64,000 bases of DNA from an uncultured Brevifollis sp. (GCA_964588755.1 CAZPSQ010000002.1:2877-66876); one strand, 5' to 3'. Counted from the first letter of the stretch, positions 8,701 to 18,087 are shown. Notes: generated from the letters alone by a model not told the origin. Numbers and translations are program-made.

Positions 8701-11237
8701 CAGCCGGGCCGGAGCGCGTGGGCTTTTGGAATCTGGCCGGGACGCTGGATGTGCCGTTCTTCCAAAACATGCAGGTCCATGGCCACACCAGTGCCAATCC
8801 CACCGCGCCCACCGCCGAGCTGCACCTCACCGGGGGGTTTGCCGCCGCAGGAAAGAGCTTCTTTACCGACTCTGATTTCGACAGCGCCCATGCTGGCCGC
8901 CCGGCCGCGCTCACTGTCGCCAGCTACCGCGGCAGCAGCGCCCACCGCGCCCATGCGCGGCAGCTCTGGCTGGGCATGTTCTCGCTGGACTATCCCCTGG
9001 CATGGTCCAGCGCCCGGCGCTCCTTCCGTGGCTCCGAGGCCGCCGGTGTGAACCTCCATGTGCTCAGCGTGCAGAGCCAGGTGGGCTACCTCGACCCCGG
9101 CCATGCCGAGCTCAGCTTCGGGGTGCAATACGAAGGCCTGCCCCGCATCAATGCCAGCAACGCGTTCTTCAACGCCGTCGACGAGCAGACCGGCGTCGCC
9201 TCCAGCATCGTCAACGCGGTGGGGAAGCAGGTGTTCGACCACATTGAAGGTGGGGTGGACTCGTTCGCTGATCTGCTTTCCGACCAGGCCGACCGTTTTA
9301 TTGGCGAGGTGGTCGATGATTTGATTGAGCCGGGGCTCGACAACTTCGTCGATGTGGTCAAGCAGACCGCCGCAGCTGCGGTCAGCACGCAGCAGGACGT
9401 CCGCACGGCGGTGAAGGGCAAGGTGGACGTTTACCTGCGGCCCATGGGCGCCTCACCGCCCCCGCCGGGAGGCGGCGGGGCAGCTCCCCCACCCCCGCCT
9501 GTCATGCCCTTGCAAAACACGCTGGCCGGGTTCGTCGGCACCCTCGGCTCACCCACGGGCTTGGTCCCGTCGATCGATCTCAAGCTTGGCTCCATTCAAA
9601 CGGGCGCCTTCGCCATTGCCGGAACTGCCGGGGAACCGGGCAATCCGCTGCCCGGTGGCGTCGCCGGCCTGCTGGGGCGCACCAGCCTGGCGGACGTCTC
9701 ACCACGCAACCATGCGGAGGCTCTGATCACCGGCCTCGTCGGCAGCCTGGCGCCTCAGTTTCAGCAGACGATCCAGTCGGTGAACATGCACGGTTATCTT
9801 GAGGACTCGAATGCGGCCCTGGATCAAATCAAGCTCTCGCTGGATCAGATCCGCGCGTCGGTTCAGTCACTGCGCGGCAGCCTGGCCAACGGGCAGCAGT
9901 TCCTGGCCGAGCTCGCCAGCTTCCAGCTCCAGCTTGATCTGCTGCTGGCGGACGCCTCCCCCAATGCCCTCCTCAACACCCTTGCCGATGCGGTGCAGGC
10001 CCAGATTGACGAGGCATTTGACCGCCTGGAGGAAAACTTCCCTGCCGAGGCCGATGTCGAGGCTTACGTCGAAGGATTGCGCGACCAGATCAAGGCGCGC
10101 ATCCGGCGTGAGCTGCGCGACCGCTTGATGGCCAGCGCGGCCATTGAGTCCATGCGCGGCGCGGTCCGCGACCGCCTTCAAGTGGTCCACCTCGCCTTCC
10201 GTGAGGCGGTGGACTCAGGGTTTGAGGAGATCAACCTCGTCATCCGCCGTGCGCTCTCCGCGCAACTGGCCCAGCTGGACAACAGCCTGAACAGCCATGG
10301 TGCGGAGATCAACAAAGTCATCAAGTCCGGCCGGGTGGCCGGTCATGCCCACATCCAGGATGATGCGCTGCGGGAGCTGCGTCTCGACGCGCGCATCGAG
10401 CTCGGTGTGCCGGAGGAGGACCCGTTCCGCTTCGACGGCTTTTTCCGCTTCCAGCAGCTCAACTCCGCAGGGCCCGGCGGCTGCCCGGAGCTTGGCGCCT
10501 CGCTCGACGCGGCCCGTTTCGTCGAAGTCACCCTGGGCGCCCGCAACGCCAGCCTGGAATGGATCACACCTGACATGCGGGCCAACGTCTCGGGCCAGAT
10601 CGGTTTCATGGTCGATGGGGCGCCCATTCCCATCAGCATTGGCGGCAGCTTTGAGATGACCGAGGGCGCGCTGAACTTCGCCACGGCGGAGGTCGAGGAG
10701 CTGCGCGGCACCTTGAAGGTCGGGCTGGCGCCGGGAAGCGGCGGCGGCGTGCAGCTTGGTGAGAACTACCTGGGGCTTGCCGGCGCGGTGCGCCTCTCGG
10801 GGTCCGGCCTTGAAGGCGGCTTGTTTGTTGGCCGCAGCTGCACCCTGGACCCGATCAATCTGATCAATCCGCAGCTTGGCGACCTCCTCGGCTCCGGAGG
10901 CTTCACCGGGGGGTATGTCTTCGGCGCGGGCCGCATCCCCATCGTGGACTTCGGCTGCTTGTTCAATGTGTCCGCCGGCGTGGGGCTGGGCGCGTTCTAT
11001 TCCGTGCCGGGCCCGACGTGGGGCGGCCTGGCGCAGCTCAGCGCCAGCGGCGAGGCGCTCTGCCTCATCAGCGTGCGCGGCAGTGTGGATCTCATTGGCT
11101 TGAAGCGTGGTGACGAGTTCCGCTTCTCCGGCCAGGGCCGCATCAGCGGCAAAGTCGGGCTTTGTCCTTTCTGCAAACGCTTCCGCAAGACCGTCCGCTT
11201 CACCTACCAGGGTGGAGACTGGGACGCGGACTATTGA
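5757..11237 (+). CDS. Large secreted protein of unknown function (beta-rich N-part, long helical insert, Gly/Cys-rich beta-strand C-terminus), 1826 aa
   Basis: Sec signal peptide MTFPPRLLLLALLPLLLGAFPAAA; long ORF with coding-like codon bias; no catalytic motif recognised. Confidence 0.85.
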   Translation: MTFPPRLLLLALLPLLLGAFPAAAQTITRVAVLGRGAEGSSTNLIAADQVDGSGLTNRHRILLEADLSIPSAGRYRLRYQLIDEQGVIVVSDTQDLGSIPAGNRTDSWELASFPSRLDPHRKHRLRVRVDEGLPTGPPLNSFFFNERHSMTEATGRTYYHFPGTTSADAPLNVIARVTQAGWGARRWLLDTQSGREHIVATCDYELRRYDGWAAGSAPTDNISVTIEAELRRVSDDALIPVTVAGSPANFVTLPITVSTNGWVNPVLIREPTVTTGIHANIQLNPAQQLDSKNQQYYVRTRIRHVEEAGQPEVPGNEAGSAGAQLFHFNGNLLFGGILTTFGSAASVTVVNSTGPTLDITIDQQSGRIAGQPGHTFGNGSAQRVLLEPDGDAVRLAPSTVAVAGPANDTGSMGNVSFTRSSLVLTEQGVEGTLTVRLPHGCGYSTAPAAAMLDSTYAVHSVPLGQSLLPTSSVVWSPASPVYVHEETKPILYQTSSLTWHATQGKFDLGGPVAMHSVHRPYIEALESIGAVPVLQRTKPSNDGYWRHVNGSVGVVTIQAGPTGAARIDAPDIAITANKFFHAHHPKMAVVSWSQAGSITLSADQPVPGSSKLNGMNAVVVPYAQSCQDTLAACPGAAEVFATYVMNPSGGALVVLPNGGLHAAGTIQGVHKLGWGRMNAGSPLVHEAQTPFANAKVMIGGHFLREHTAAAAGSTGPGHIFNTGVNTSNQATLEAPDTTEYRAGLGDYPGVNLRASGGDAGRQMISRLGGQATAAYTLATNSKFYARWSGVSGIQQATGGVSLPNPSLFGFPAQLQTFGLSWLSNENLISRTDGELHIVAPANVTLPFDDLTFTCLGAPSAAGMSGGAVDRTLAYWNAPTRIFGLDFVPADSCDPSAGCLALACSLSAQNVPVPLVGTLGFRPDGQITAPGQPGNCGIASEFVLPAVTHVQGPRRTAAESAQTYAFTPVRLAYLNTESEDNRPAGPERVGFWNLAGTLDVPFFQNMQVHGHTSANPTAPTAELHLTGGFAAAGKSFFTDSDFDSAHAGRPAALTVASYRGSSAHRAHARQLWLGMFSLDYPLAWSSARRSFRGSEAAGVNLHVLSVQSQVGYLDPGHAELSFGVQYEGLPRINASNAFFNAVDEQTGVASSIVNAVGKQVFDHIEGGVDSFADLLSDQADRFIGEVVDDLIEPGLDNFVDVVKQTAAAAVSTQQDVRTAVKGKVDVYLRPMGASPPPPGGGGAAPPPPPVMPLQNTLAGFVGTLGSPTGLVPSIDLKLGSIQTGAFAIAGTAGEPGNPLPGGVAGLLGRTSLADVSPRNHAEALITGLVGSLAPQFQQTIQSVNMHGYLEDSNAALDQIKLSLDQIRASVQSLRGSLANGQQFLAELASFQLQLDLLLADASPNALLNTLADAVQAQIDEAFDRLEENFPAEADVEAYVEGLRDQIKARIRRELRDRLMASAAIESMRGAVRDRLQVVHLAFREAVDSGFEEINLVIRRALSAQLAQLDNSLNSHGAEINKVIKSGRVAGHAHIQDDALRELRLDARIELGVPEEDPFRFDGFFRFQQLNSAGPGGCPELGASLDAARFVEVTLGARNASLEWITPDMRANVSGQIGFMVDGAPIPISIGGSFEMTEGALNFATAEVEELRGTLKVGLAPGSGGGVQLGENYLGLAGAVRLSGSGLEGGLFVGRSCTLDPINLINPQLGDLLGSGGFTGGYVFGAGRIPIVDFGCLFNVSAGVGLGAFYSVPGPTWGGLAQLSASGEALCLISVRGSVDLIGLKRGDEFRFSGQGRISGKVGLCPFCKRFRKTVRFTYQGGDWDADY

Positions 11238-11263
11238 TCTTGATCACGCGCACCACACCTTTC

Positions 11264-14200
11264 ATGAAGACCTCTCGTTTCCTGCTTTCCCATGCCGCGC
11301 TGCTGTTTCTGGCGCTCGGCGGGGCCGTGCGCGGCCAAAGTGACGAAGACTTTTTCCCCGAGCTAGGCCTGCTGACCACCGTGGGCACCACTGCGGCGGC
11401 GGGTGACGGGCACCTGGCCTACCTGCTGTGGCAGACGGGCGATGCCGGCCTGCTGATGAACAAGGTCGTCGCCGTATATCGCAAAACCGGTGCTGGCAGC
11501 TTCGTCCGGGTGGCCGTGACGAAGCCGCAAACCGATCCCCGCATCATCGGCTCGCTCCAGGCCCGCGCAGTGGCGCTGGGAGACAGCATGGACAGGCTGG
11601 AGCGCGGCCTCACGGTCATGTTCAAGGAGGTGATCCCTGCTGAAACGCTGACCCTGCCCGCCAAAATTTCCGCCATCATCCAGGGGACACAAAACCGCGC
11701 GGACTTGCGCGAGATGCTTGGCTTCCTCGCGCGCAGCCATCCGCTGGTCTCCATGTCGCTCGGACAGGCCGTCGCGGACAAGCTCCCTTCAGCAGGTGTC
11801 TTCACCTATGAGATCCGGGAGCATGACGCCATCTCCCACCAGGACATCCGCGTGCTGGGCCGTGTGACGGTGGACACCGCCGCCGGAGCCACCCTTCCCG
11901 CCCCTGGGGCGCCGGTGGAGGTCGTGCCAGCCGGGGCGAAGATCCGCGAAGGCCATCTGGCAGCCCATCTGCGCTGGGCCACGCCGCCAGAGCTGCGTGA
12001 GCGCTCCAGCATGCACAGCGGCTTCAATGTCTATCGTGTGCCGCAGGCCGTCGCGGAGCATGCCTCGCGGCAGTGGCACCTGGCGCCCCCCGCCGCGGCC
12101 ACCTTGCGCGAGGCCAGCGCCGAAGTGGCGATGAAGGTGAACAACTCCCTCATCACCCCGGAGCGTGTGCTCGACGACACCCTGGCCCTCGACGAAAACG
12201 ACCATGACACCTATTTCGTGACCGATGACAACCGCCGCTATCGAGACGGAACCGCCTTCCTCGACGGGGCGGCGTTTTACTACTTCGTCACAGCGGCGGA
12301 CATTCTGGGCCGGGACGGGCTCGTCTCCAAAGGGCGGCTCATCACCCTGCATGACCGGCTGGCGCCGCTGCCGCCGCGTGACCTGCGCGTGACGAACGAG
12401 GTCGTCTATGCCGCAGGGAAACGCACCCAGCATCTGCGCCTGCACTGGCCGCCGGCCACAGATCCGGACAGCAGCATCTCAGCGTATCATGTCTATCGCT
12501 GGAATTCGATCGAGGAGATGGCGCAGTTCCGCGCGAATCCGGCCGCGCGGCGCATTGCGACAGTCCCGCACAACCCCGCCACCTCGGAATATGTTGTGAA
12601 TGACTCCGGCTCCGGCTCGCCGAGGCACCCGCCCGCAAGCGGCCAGCCAGATGTGAGCGGCACGCTCTTTTTTTATACCGTGCGCGCGGTGGACTCGTCC
12701 TCCGCCGGCGGCAACATGAGCCTGCACAGCGCCCCGGCACGCGGCATCCTGCGGGACTCCGAAGGCCCTGCCGCGCCCACAGGCGAGGTCATGATCCGCT
12801 GCCACGACCCGCTTGTGACCTATGAATCCATCAAATCCGATCCCGTGCCGGGCCTGGCCCCGAACATGTATCATCTCCAGCTCATCTGCGGCACGGTGGC
12901 CCAGCGCACCTATGAATGGGCGGAGTTCCGTTTCGGTGACGGGCAGGCCGGGGCCACGACGCCGCTCGGACGCGTTCAGTTCGGGCGGGACGGCCTCGAA
13001 TCACAGACTGCGGACCTGTTTGCCTCGGTGCCCACCTGGCCGTCCTCCATCTGGTGCCGCGCCGCCACCCGCGAAGGCAAAGTCAGCCCCTGGGTGCGGG
13101 CGGCCGTCACCACGCCACCCAAGACCTCCGACGTGCATTTCAATGTGCTCTTCGCCGCCGCGCTGACCAGCCACGATGCCGTGGCAGGCGGGCCATGCGG
13201 CACCACCCACATCAGCCGGATTCCCGGCAGCAGGGTCCGGCGGCCGGTGATCATTGGCGCGACCCCGACGGCGGGCGCGGCGGAGCTGCGCGTCTATCGC
13301 CGTGTCGATGATGGTCCTCTCACCCTCATGTCTGTGCAGGAACTGGCCGATGGCGCGACCCCCGTGGTCGTGCAGGATGACGCCGTGCCCGCAGGCTCTG
13401 CGCAGGTCTGCTACTACCTGCAGCTGGTGGATGTGGACGGGCACCCCAGCCCGATGGTGCCTGCCGGCCCCTGCGTCCGCACCATCAACGACGAGGAGCT
13501 CCCCGTGCCACGCCTGCTGCGCCCGGAGCCCGAGGCGGGCCCCGCAGGCGCGCCGCGGATGAGGCTGCGCTGGGCCTGCGCCCCGCATGGAGTGGAACGC
13601 TTTGAACTGTGGATCGCACGCCGGAATGCCGCGCCTCAGGGCGGCTTCCCAGGCTCCGGCTTGACGAACGATCTCGCCACGGAGCATCCGCTGCGCCTGC
13701 CACGCCGCGCCAGCCTCGACTTCGGTGTTTATCAAACCGTGCTGGCCAGCCAGGCGCAGACCGAGGACAACGGCGCGGTCTTCACCGCCCTGCTGCCGGT
13801 GACCGCCAGCGACAGGTATGTCATCGGCATCCGCGCCGTGGGCCCAGGCACATTTGCCGGGGGACGCGCGGCGGGTGACCACTCGAACTTTGGTGATTTC
13901 CAGTGGAACCCGGCCGAGGCAGGCGGCGGCATCAACGTCCCCTGGAGCGCGCGCCCGCTGCCGCCCACGCGGGCCGCCGCGGCCTTCAACCCGAACATCC
14001 AGGCGGTCTTCCTCCACAACCTCGGCTCGGGCACCGGTCCGTGGAAGGGCGTCGGCATCCGCGTGGGGGAGTATGAGTACCGCGGCTCCAATGCCAGCGT
14101 CCTCAAGGCTGGCAACCCCGGTGTGACCTCCACGATGCCCGCCTACTATCTGGCCGGGCAGCGCGACCCGAAGCTGCTGCTCTACCGCGAGACCACCCCT

Positions 14201-14557
14201 GACGACACCGCCTCACGTCTGCTCTGGCCGCTGGTGCTCTATCGCGTCCAGGTCGGCAGCAACAACGCGCCACTGAGCGGAGACACCACCCAGGCGTCTC
14301 CTTTGATGGAGAACATCGCCCATGAGTTCGCCACGCATCTGGGAGACCCGATGACGATCATTCATGACCCGTTCATCGCCGTGACACCCCGCGCCGGCCC
14401 GCCACCATCCGGCAGCACGCACGACATCTATCTGCTCGACCGCAACCCCGTCATCAAAGGCGCTTACTACAAGTACCTGCTCGTCCGCATGGGCGCGGAC
14501 AGTGAGCCGGAGGAGGTGCTGGCCACGCTGCCCGTCAACATTCCGCTCAATCCATGA
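11264..14557 (+). CDS. Secreted fibronectin type III-like repeat protein, 1097 aa
   Basis: Signal peptide MKTSRFLLSHAALLFLALGGAVRG. FN3-type patterns: LRWATP..GFNVYR..YYFVTAADILGRDG; PPRDLRV..LHWPP..AYHVYR..FFYTVRAVDS; LRVYRRVDDGP..YYLQLVDVDG. Start set at ATG 11264, after the upstream stop. Confidence 0.8.
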   Translation: MKTSRFLLSHAALLFLALGGAVRGQSDEDFFPELGLLTTVGTTAAAGDGHLAYLLWQTGDAGLLMNKVVAVYRKTGAGSFVRVAVTKPQTDPRIIGSLQARAVALGDSMDRLERGLTVMFKEVIPAETLTLPAKISAIIQGTQNRADLREMLGFLARSHPLVSMSLGQAVADKLPSAGVFTYEIREHDAISHQDIRVLGRVTVDTAAGATLPAPGAPVEVVPAGAKIREGHLAAHLRWATPPELRERSSMHSGFNVYRVPQAVAEHASRQWHLAPPAAATLREASAEVAMKVNNSLITPERVLDDTLALDENDHDTYFVTDDNRRYRDGTAFLDGAAFYYFVTAADILGRDGLVSKGRLITLHDRLAPLPPRDLRVTNEVVYAAGKRTQHLRLHWPPATDPDSSISAYHVYRWNSIEEMAQFRANPAARRIATVPHNPATSEYVVNDSGSGSPRHPPASGQPDVSGTLFFYTVRAVDSSSAGGNMSLHSAPARGILRDSEGPAAPTGEVMIRCHDPLVTYESIKSDPVPGLAPNMYHLQLICGTVAQRTYEWAEFRFGDGQAGATTPLGRVQFGRDGLESQTADLFASVPTWPSSIWCRAATREGKVSPWVRAAVTTPPKTSDVHFNVLFAAALTSHDAVAGGPCGTTHISRIPGSRVRRPVIIGATPTAGAAELRVYRRVDDGPLTLMSVQELADGATPVVVQDDAVPAGSAQVCYYLQLVDVDGHPSPMVPAGPCVRTINDEELPVPRLLRPEPEAGPAGAPRMRLRWACAPHGVERFELWIARRNAAPQGGFPGSGLTNDLATEHPLRLPRRASLDFGVYQTVLASQAQTEDNGAVFTALLPVTASDRYVIGIRAVGPGTFAGGRAAGDHSNFGDFQWNPAEAGGGINVPWSARPLPPTRAAAAFNPNIQAVFLHNLGSGTGPWKGVGIRVGEYEYRGSNASVLKAGNPGVTSTMPAYYLAGQRDPKLLLYRETTPDDTASRLLWPLVLYRVQVGSNNAPLSGDTTQASPLMENIAHEFATHLGDPMTIIHDPFIAVTPRAGPPPSGSTHDIYLLDRNPVIKGAYYKYLLVRMGADSEPEEVLATLPVNIPLNP

Positions 14558-17500
14558 AACCGTTTCTCCTCACTGCTTTCACGCTGCTGCTGGCCCCATC
14601 CGCCTTGCGTGCGGCCGGCTTCGTCCATGAAACGGACATGCTGCTGACCAGCGCGGCGGATGTGGATGGCGACTCCGACGAGGACGTTGTCATTGTGCAT
14701 CGTCCCACCGGCATCGTCACCATCGGCATCCGTCAGCCCGACGGCACCGTCCTCTTCCGCACGCCGGCGCCTTCCGGCGTGCCCAATGCCACCGGCCTTG
14801 CCGTGGGCAGGCTGCTGACCGGCATGAGCGACACGCTGGCCATCACCGGTCCGGATGCGAACCGCGTGCAGATCGTCAATGCGGCGGCCCCTGCGCTGCA
14901 GCCCATGGTGGCCAGCCACCCGGCGGCCGGACCGCGCCACATCGCGGCGCTCGACATTCCCGCCGCAGGCACCGCAGGGCTGGATGACATGGTCGTCGTC
15001 GCCGGCTGGCAGGGACTCCTGCCGCTGGAATCCCGCCGCATGGTGAACAATGGCTCCGGCAGCTTCACGGCCTCGACACCAGCCTTTTTCAATGCGGAAA
15101 TCAAGGGCTGGAACCCCATCACCCTCACACGTGGCGGCACCCCCAAGCTGGGCTTCATTGAGCTGGCCAGCCCCATTGCGCTGTTCCGCGTCGGAGAGCC
15201 TGCTGTGGCGGCGCTCTACTATCTGGCGGGCACCCAGCCCCCCCCCGGTGTCACCAAGTTCATCTACGGCCAGTTTGACGCCGCGGAGAGCGACTTCATT
15301 TTCTACTCACCGGCATCTCTGAGCGTCACCACCCGGCGCATCGACCCGGCAGGCACCGCATTTTACGAGCCTCTGACATTCAACTTCCCGGCCCCCATCC
15401 GCGAGCTTGTGCGGCTGCCGGACGCCGCGCGGGACCGCGTGCTGGTCATTCCTTACCTCGGCATTCCCGCCGTTTATGATTACGACGGAGCCACAGGCTT
15501 CACCTTGGTGGAGGAAACCCCGCCCACCGGCGAGGCACCGGAAGAAGCGGGTGCCGCCATCGCCTTTGGCGACGGCAGCTTCATCCTGCTGCACGGGGAC
15601 AACGCCCATCAGCTCCCCAAGGCCTTCTCTGTTTACCAGCGGGATGGCAGCGGCTACATCGGCATTCAGGGCGGCATCCCCCTGCCAAAGCTGGACGAGG
15701 CACCCGGCGTCAATGGCAACGTCTTCTTCTTCGCCGGCACCCCCATGCGGGAAGACAACCCGCCTCTTGTGGGCATGTGGAGCGTGGGCGACTGGTCGTC
15801 AAACCTCACCCTTGGCGGTTCACCCACGGTGTTTGGCGAGACTTTTCAAGGCACCGCCACCGGCCTCGCCGGTGCGTTCAGCCGCGCCATCACGCCCCTG
15901 CCGGCCGGCACCCTCGGCGCGCTGCCCAATCAGTTCATGCCAGACATTTCCGTGTCGAACCTGAGCAGCACACCGGCCGCGCTTGGCGACGCCTCCTCCG
16001 GCGTCGCTTTCTCACCGGACACGGCCACCCCGCACCGGACCGCCGTGCGGGTGCGCATCACAGCCACGGACCCCGGAGCCACCCTGCATTTCCGCCAATC
16101 CTCCGGCGGGCCCTTCGGCGTCTATGCGGGGCCGTTCTGGATCTTCACCGACACGCAGGTCGAAGCCTATGCCACGCTGCCAGGCGGGCGCCGCACCCCC
16201 GTGGCACGCGCGCACTACACCTTCGACCCGGCTGTCCGGCCAAAGGACCAGGACAGCGACAGCGACGGCGTGCCCGACTTCGTCGAAGTGGCCCGGGGCC
16301 TCGACCCCGACGGGGGTGCGGACACGGATGGTGATGGCTTCAGCGACCTGGATGAGATCCTCGCCAACACCTCGCCCAGCAATGCGCACGAGCATCCCGA
16401 TCCGGACACGCGCCCAGCCACGGCTGCGCAGCTTCAGATCAACGTCACGCCGCTGCCGCTGGATGGCTCCACCAACTTCCCCGCCTACGCCCAGCAAAAC
16501 GTGACCGTGGAGTGCCACGATGTGGGCGGCGTGCTGCTGGGGGCTGGAAAGACCACACTGCCAGCCAACAAGCCCGCCGCGCAGCTTGTGGTCGATCCGG
16601 TGGACGCCCAGCAGCGTCTCCTCGTCATCAGCACGCCTGCGCACTTTGGCATTCAGACCGGAGACGCCGACAAACAACGCGGACGGGAGCTGGTGGGCCT
16701 CGTCCCTGTGCCGGACGCGCCTGTGGTGAATCCCGCCTTCCACTTCGACCCGTCCATGTCCCCCGCCGTGCAGGCGAATGCCTGGCGGGACGCCTACGCC
16801 GCCGCGCTGGCAGCCGCCCAGCGCACGCCGGTGGAGATGGCTCTCAATGTCGATGATGTGCTCGCCTTCGTGATGATGGAGACCCGGCTGGGTCTGCTGC
16901 TCTCTTACCGTGGCATCGGCGGCTCCGTCGATCCGGCCTCGTTCACATCGTTCCGCGTGGGTGAGCGTTCCCCGCACTACTCCAAGCCTCTCACCGCCAA
17001 AAACCTGCTCGAGATCGAACGCCCGGCGGCAGGCGCAGCGCCCGAGTGGGCCACCACCGTACGGGTGCGTGAGTTCCTGGCGCAGGTGAACACCCTCGTC
17101 CAGAACAGCAGCAACCATGCGGGCATGACCGCGCTCAAAAAAACCGCGCGGGAGATTTACCGCATCAGCAGCGGCCTGCACAATGCCTCGCCCTCCACCT
17201 ACGCCTCCCCGCTCGACACGCTGCGGAAGTTCTTCCGCTTTCACCAGCTCGATGAGGCCTATCAGGGGAAGGCCGCCCTCACCCCACAGGAGATCGATGA
17301 CGCGCGCAACTTCGTCACCAGCTTCGTCTTCAGCTCCCCCTCCCGCCCGGTCGTCCGTCTGACGCTCAAGGCGCCCGGCCATGTGCCAGGGGAAGGCCGC
17401 TCCCTGGCCACCAGCCTGAATGGTTCCATCACCTACGAGCTGCTCGACGCACGTGGCAACCCCTACGAGCTGCCGGAAGCCTTTGTGCTGCCGCAGGGCG

Positions 17501-18024
17501 CGCAGATTCTCGTCACCGCGTATGACGACCTCGCTCCCGCCTCCGGCCCGCGTCCGCTGGAGGTGCTCGCCGTTTCCCTGACCGTCGTTCCTGAGCCCGG
17601 GGTGAACGATGCCGACGGCAACCTGCTCAACGACGACTGGGAGATGCTCTTCCTCGGCCGGACCGGCAACGACGCCTTCTCCATCCCGCCAGGCAGCAGC
17701 CACAGCCTGCTTCAGCAGTCCCTCGCCGGCACTGACCCGGCAGATCCAGCCAACACGCCGGCCGAAGCGCCCGTGGTTTTCGACTTCGCTGACGTCATCC
17801 CCGCCCCCGAGCGTGCCGCCAACGGCGACTACACGCTCTACTTCCAATGGCCCACCGCCTATCTCAATGTCTTCAGCTTCATGGTTTACGAGTCACCCGA
17901 CCTCACCACCTTCAGTCCCCGCCTAGCCACCATCACCCATCTCGGCAATGGCCTGCACCAGGCCGTCATCACGGGCGCCAGCAACCCGCGCGCCTTCTAC
18001 CGTGTGGGCGTCCGGCTTCGGTGA
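14554..18024 (+). CDS. Secreted multidomain protein: FG-GAP-like propeller, chitobiase/FN3-associated Ig domain, TSP3-like Ca-binding repeats, verrucomicrobial C-terminal domain
   Basis: Signal peptide; ADVDGDSDEDVVI; VAFSP..VRITATDPGATLHF..YAGPF..TQVEAYA; DSDSDGVPDFVEVARGLDP..DTDGDGFSDLDEILANTSP; C-terminal DADGNLLNDDWE..AGTDP..VYESPDL..FYRVGV. ATGA overlap with the upstream gene. Confidence 0.85.
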   Translation: MKPFLLTAFTLLLAPSALRAAGFVHETDMLLTSAADVDGDSDEDVVIVHRPTGIVTIGIRQPDGTVLFRTPAPSGVPNATGLAVGRLLTGMSDTLAITGPDANRVQIVNAAAPALQPMVASHPAAGPRHIAALDIPAAGTAGLDDMVVVAGWQGLLPLESRRMVNNGSGSFTASTPAFFNAEIKGWNPITLTRGGTPKLGFIELASPIALFRVGEPAVAALYYLAGTQPPPGVTKFIYGQFDAAESDFIFYSPASLSVTTRRIDPAGTAFYEPLTFNFPAPIRELVRLPDAARDRVLVIPYLGIPAVYDYDGATGFTLVEETPPTGEAPEEAGAAIAFGDGSFILLHGDNAHQLPKAFSVYQRDGSGYIGIQGGIPLPKLDEAPGVNGNVFFFAGTPMREDNPPLVGMWSVGDWSSNLTLGGSPTVFGETFQGTATGLAGAFSRAITPLPAGTLGALPNQFMPDISVSNLSSTPAALGDASSGVAFSPDTATPHRTAVRVRITATDPGATLHFRQSSGGPFGVYAGPFWIFTDTQVEAYATLPGGRRTPVARAHYTFDPAVRPKDQDSDSDGVPDFVEVARGLDPDGGADTDGDGFSDLDEILANTSPSNAHEHPDPDTRPATAAQLQINVTPLPLDGSTNFPAYAQQNVTVECHDVGGVLLGAGKTTLPANKPAAQLVVDPVDAQQRLLVISTPAHFGIQTGDADKQRGRELVGLVPVPDAPVVNPAFHFDPSMSPAVQANAWRDAYAAALAAAQRTPVEMALNVDDVLAFVMMETRLGLLLSYRGIGGSVDPASFTSFRVGERSPHYSKPLTAKNLLEIERPAAGAAPEWATTVRVREFLAQVNTLVQNSSNHAGMTALKKTAREIYRISSGLHNASPSTYASPLDTLRKFFRFHQLDEAYQGKAALTPQEIDDARNFVTSFVFSSPSRPVVRLTLKAPGHVPGEGRSLATSLNGSITYELLDARGNPYELPEAFVLPQGAQILVTAYDDLAPASGPRPLEVLAVSLTVVPEPGVNDADGNLLNDDWEMLFLGRTGNDAFSIPPGSSHSLLQQSLAGTDPADPANTPAEAPVVFDFADVIPAPERAANGDYTLYFQWPTAYLNVFSFMVYESPDLTTFSPRLATITHLGNGLHQAVITGASNPRAFYRVGVRLR

Positions 18025-18087
18025 GAGCTGGCCGTGGCCGCCGGAAAAAATTGGAGCTTGGCTGGACGAATCATTGACCCCGATGAT

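Noticed and set aside
16012-17847. 611-aa antisense ORF (similarly 20597..22069, 24482..26518, 51086..52681, 3233..4528)
   Set aside because: Shadow ORFs opposite well-supported genes, expected from high-GC codon bias; no motifs.
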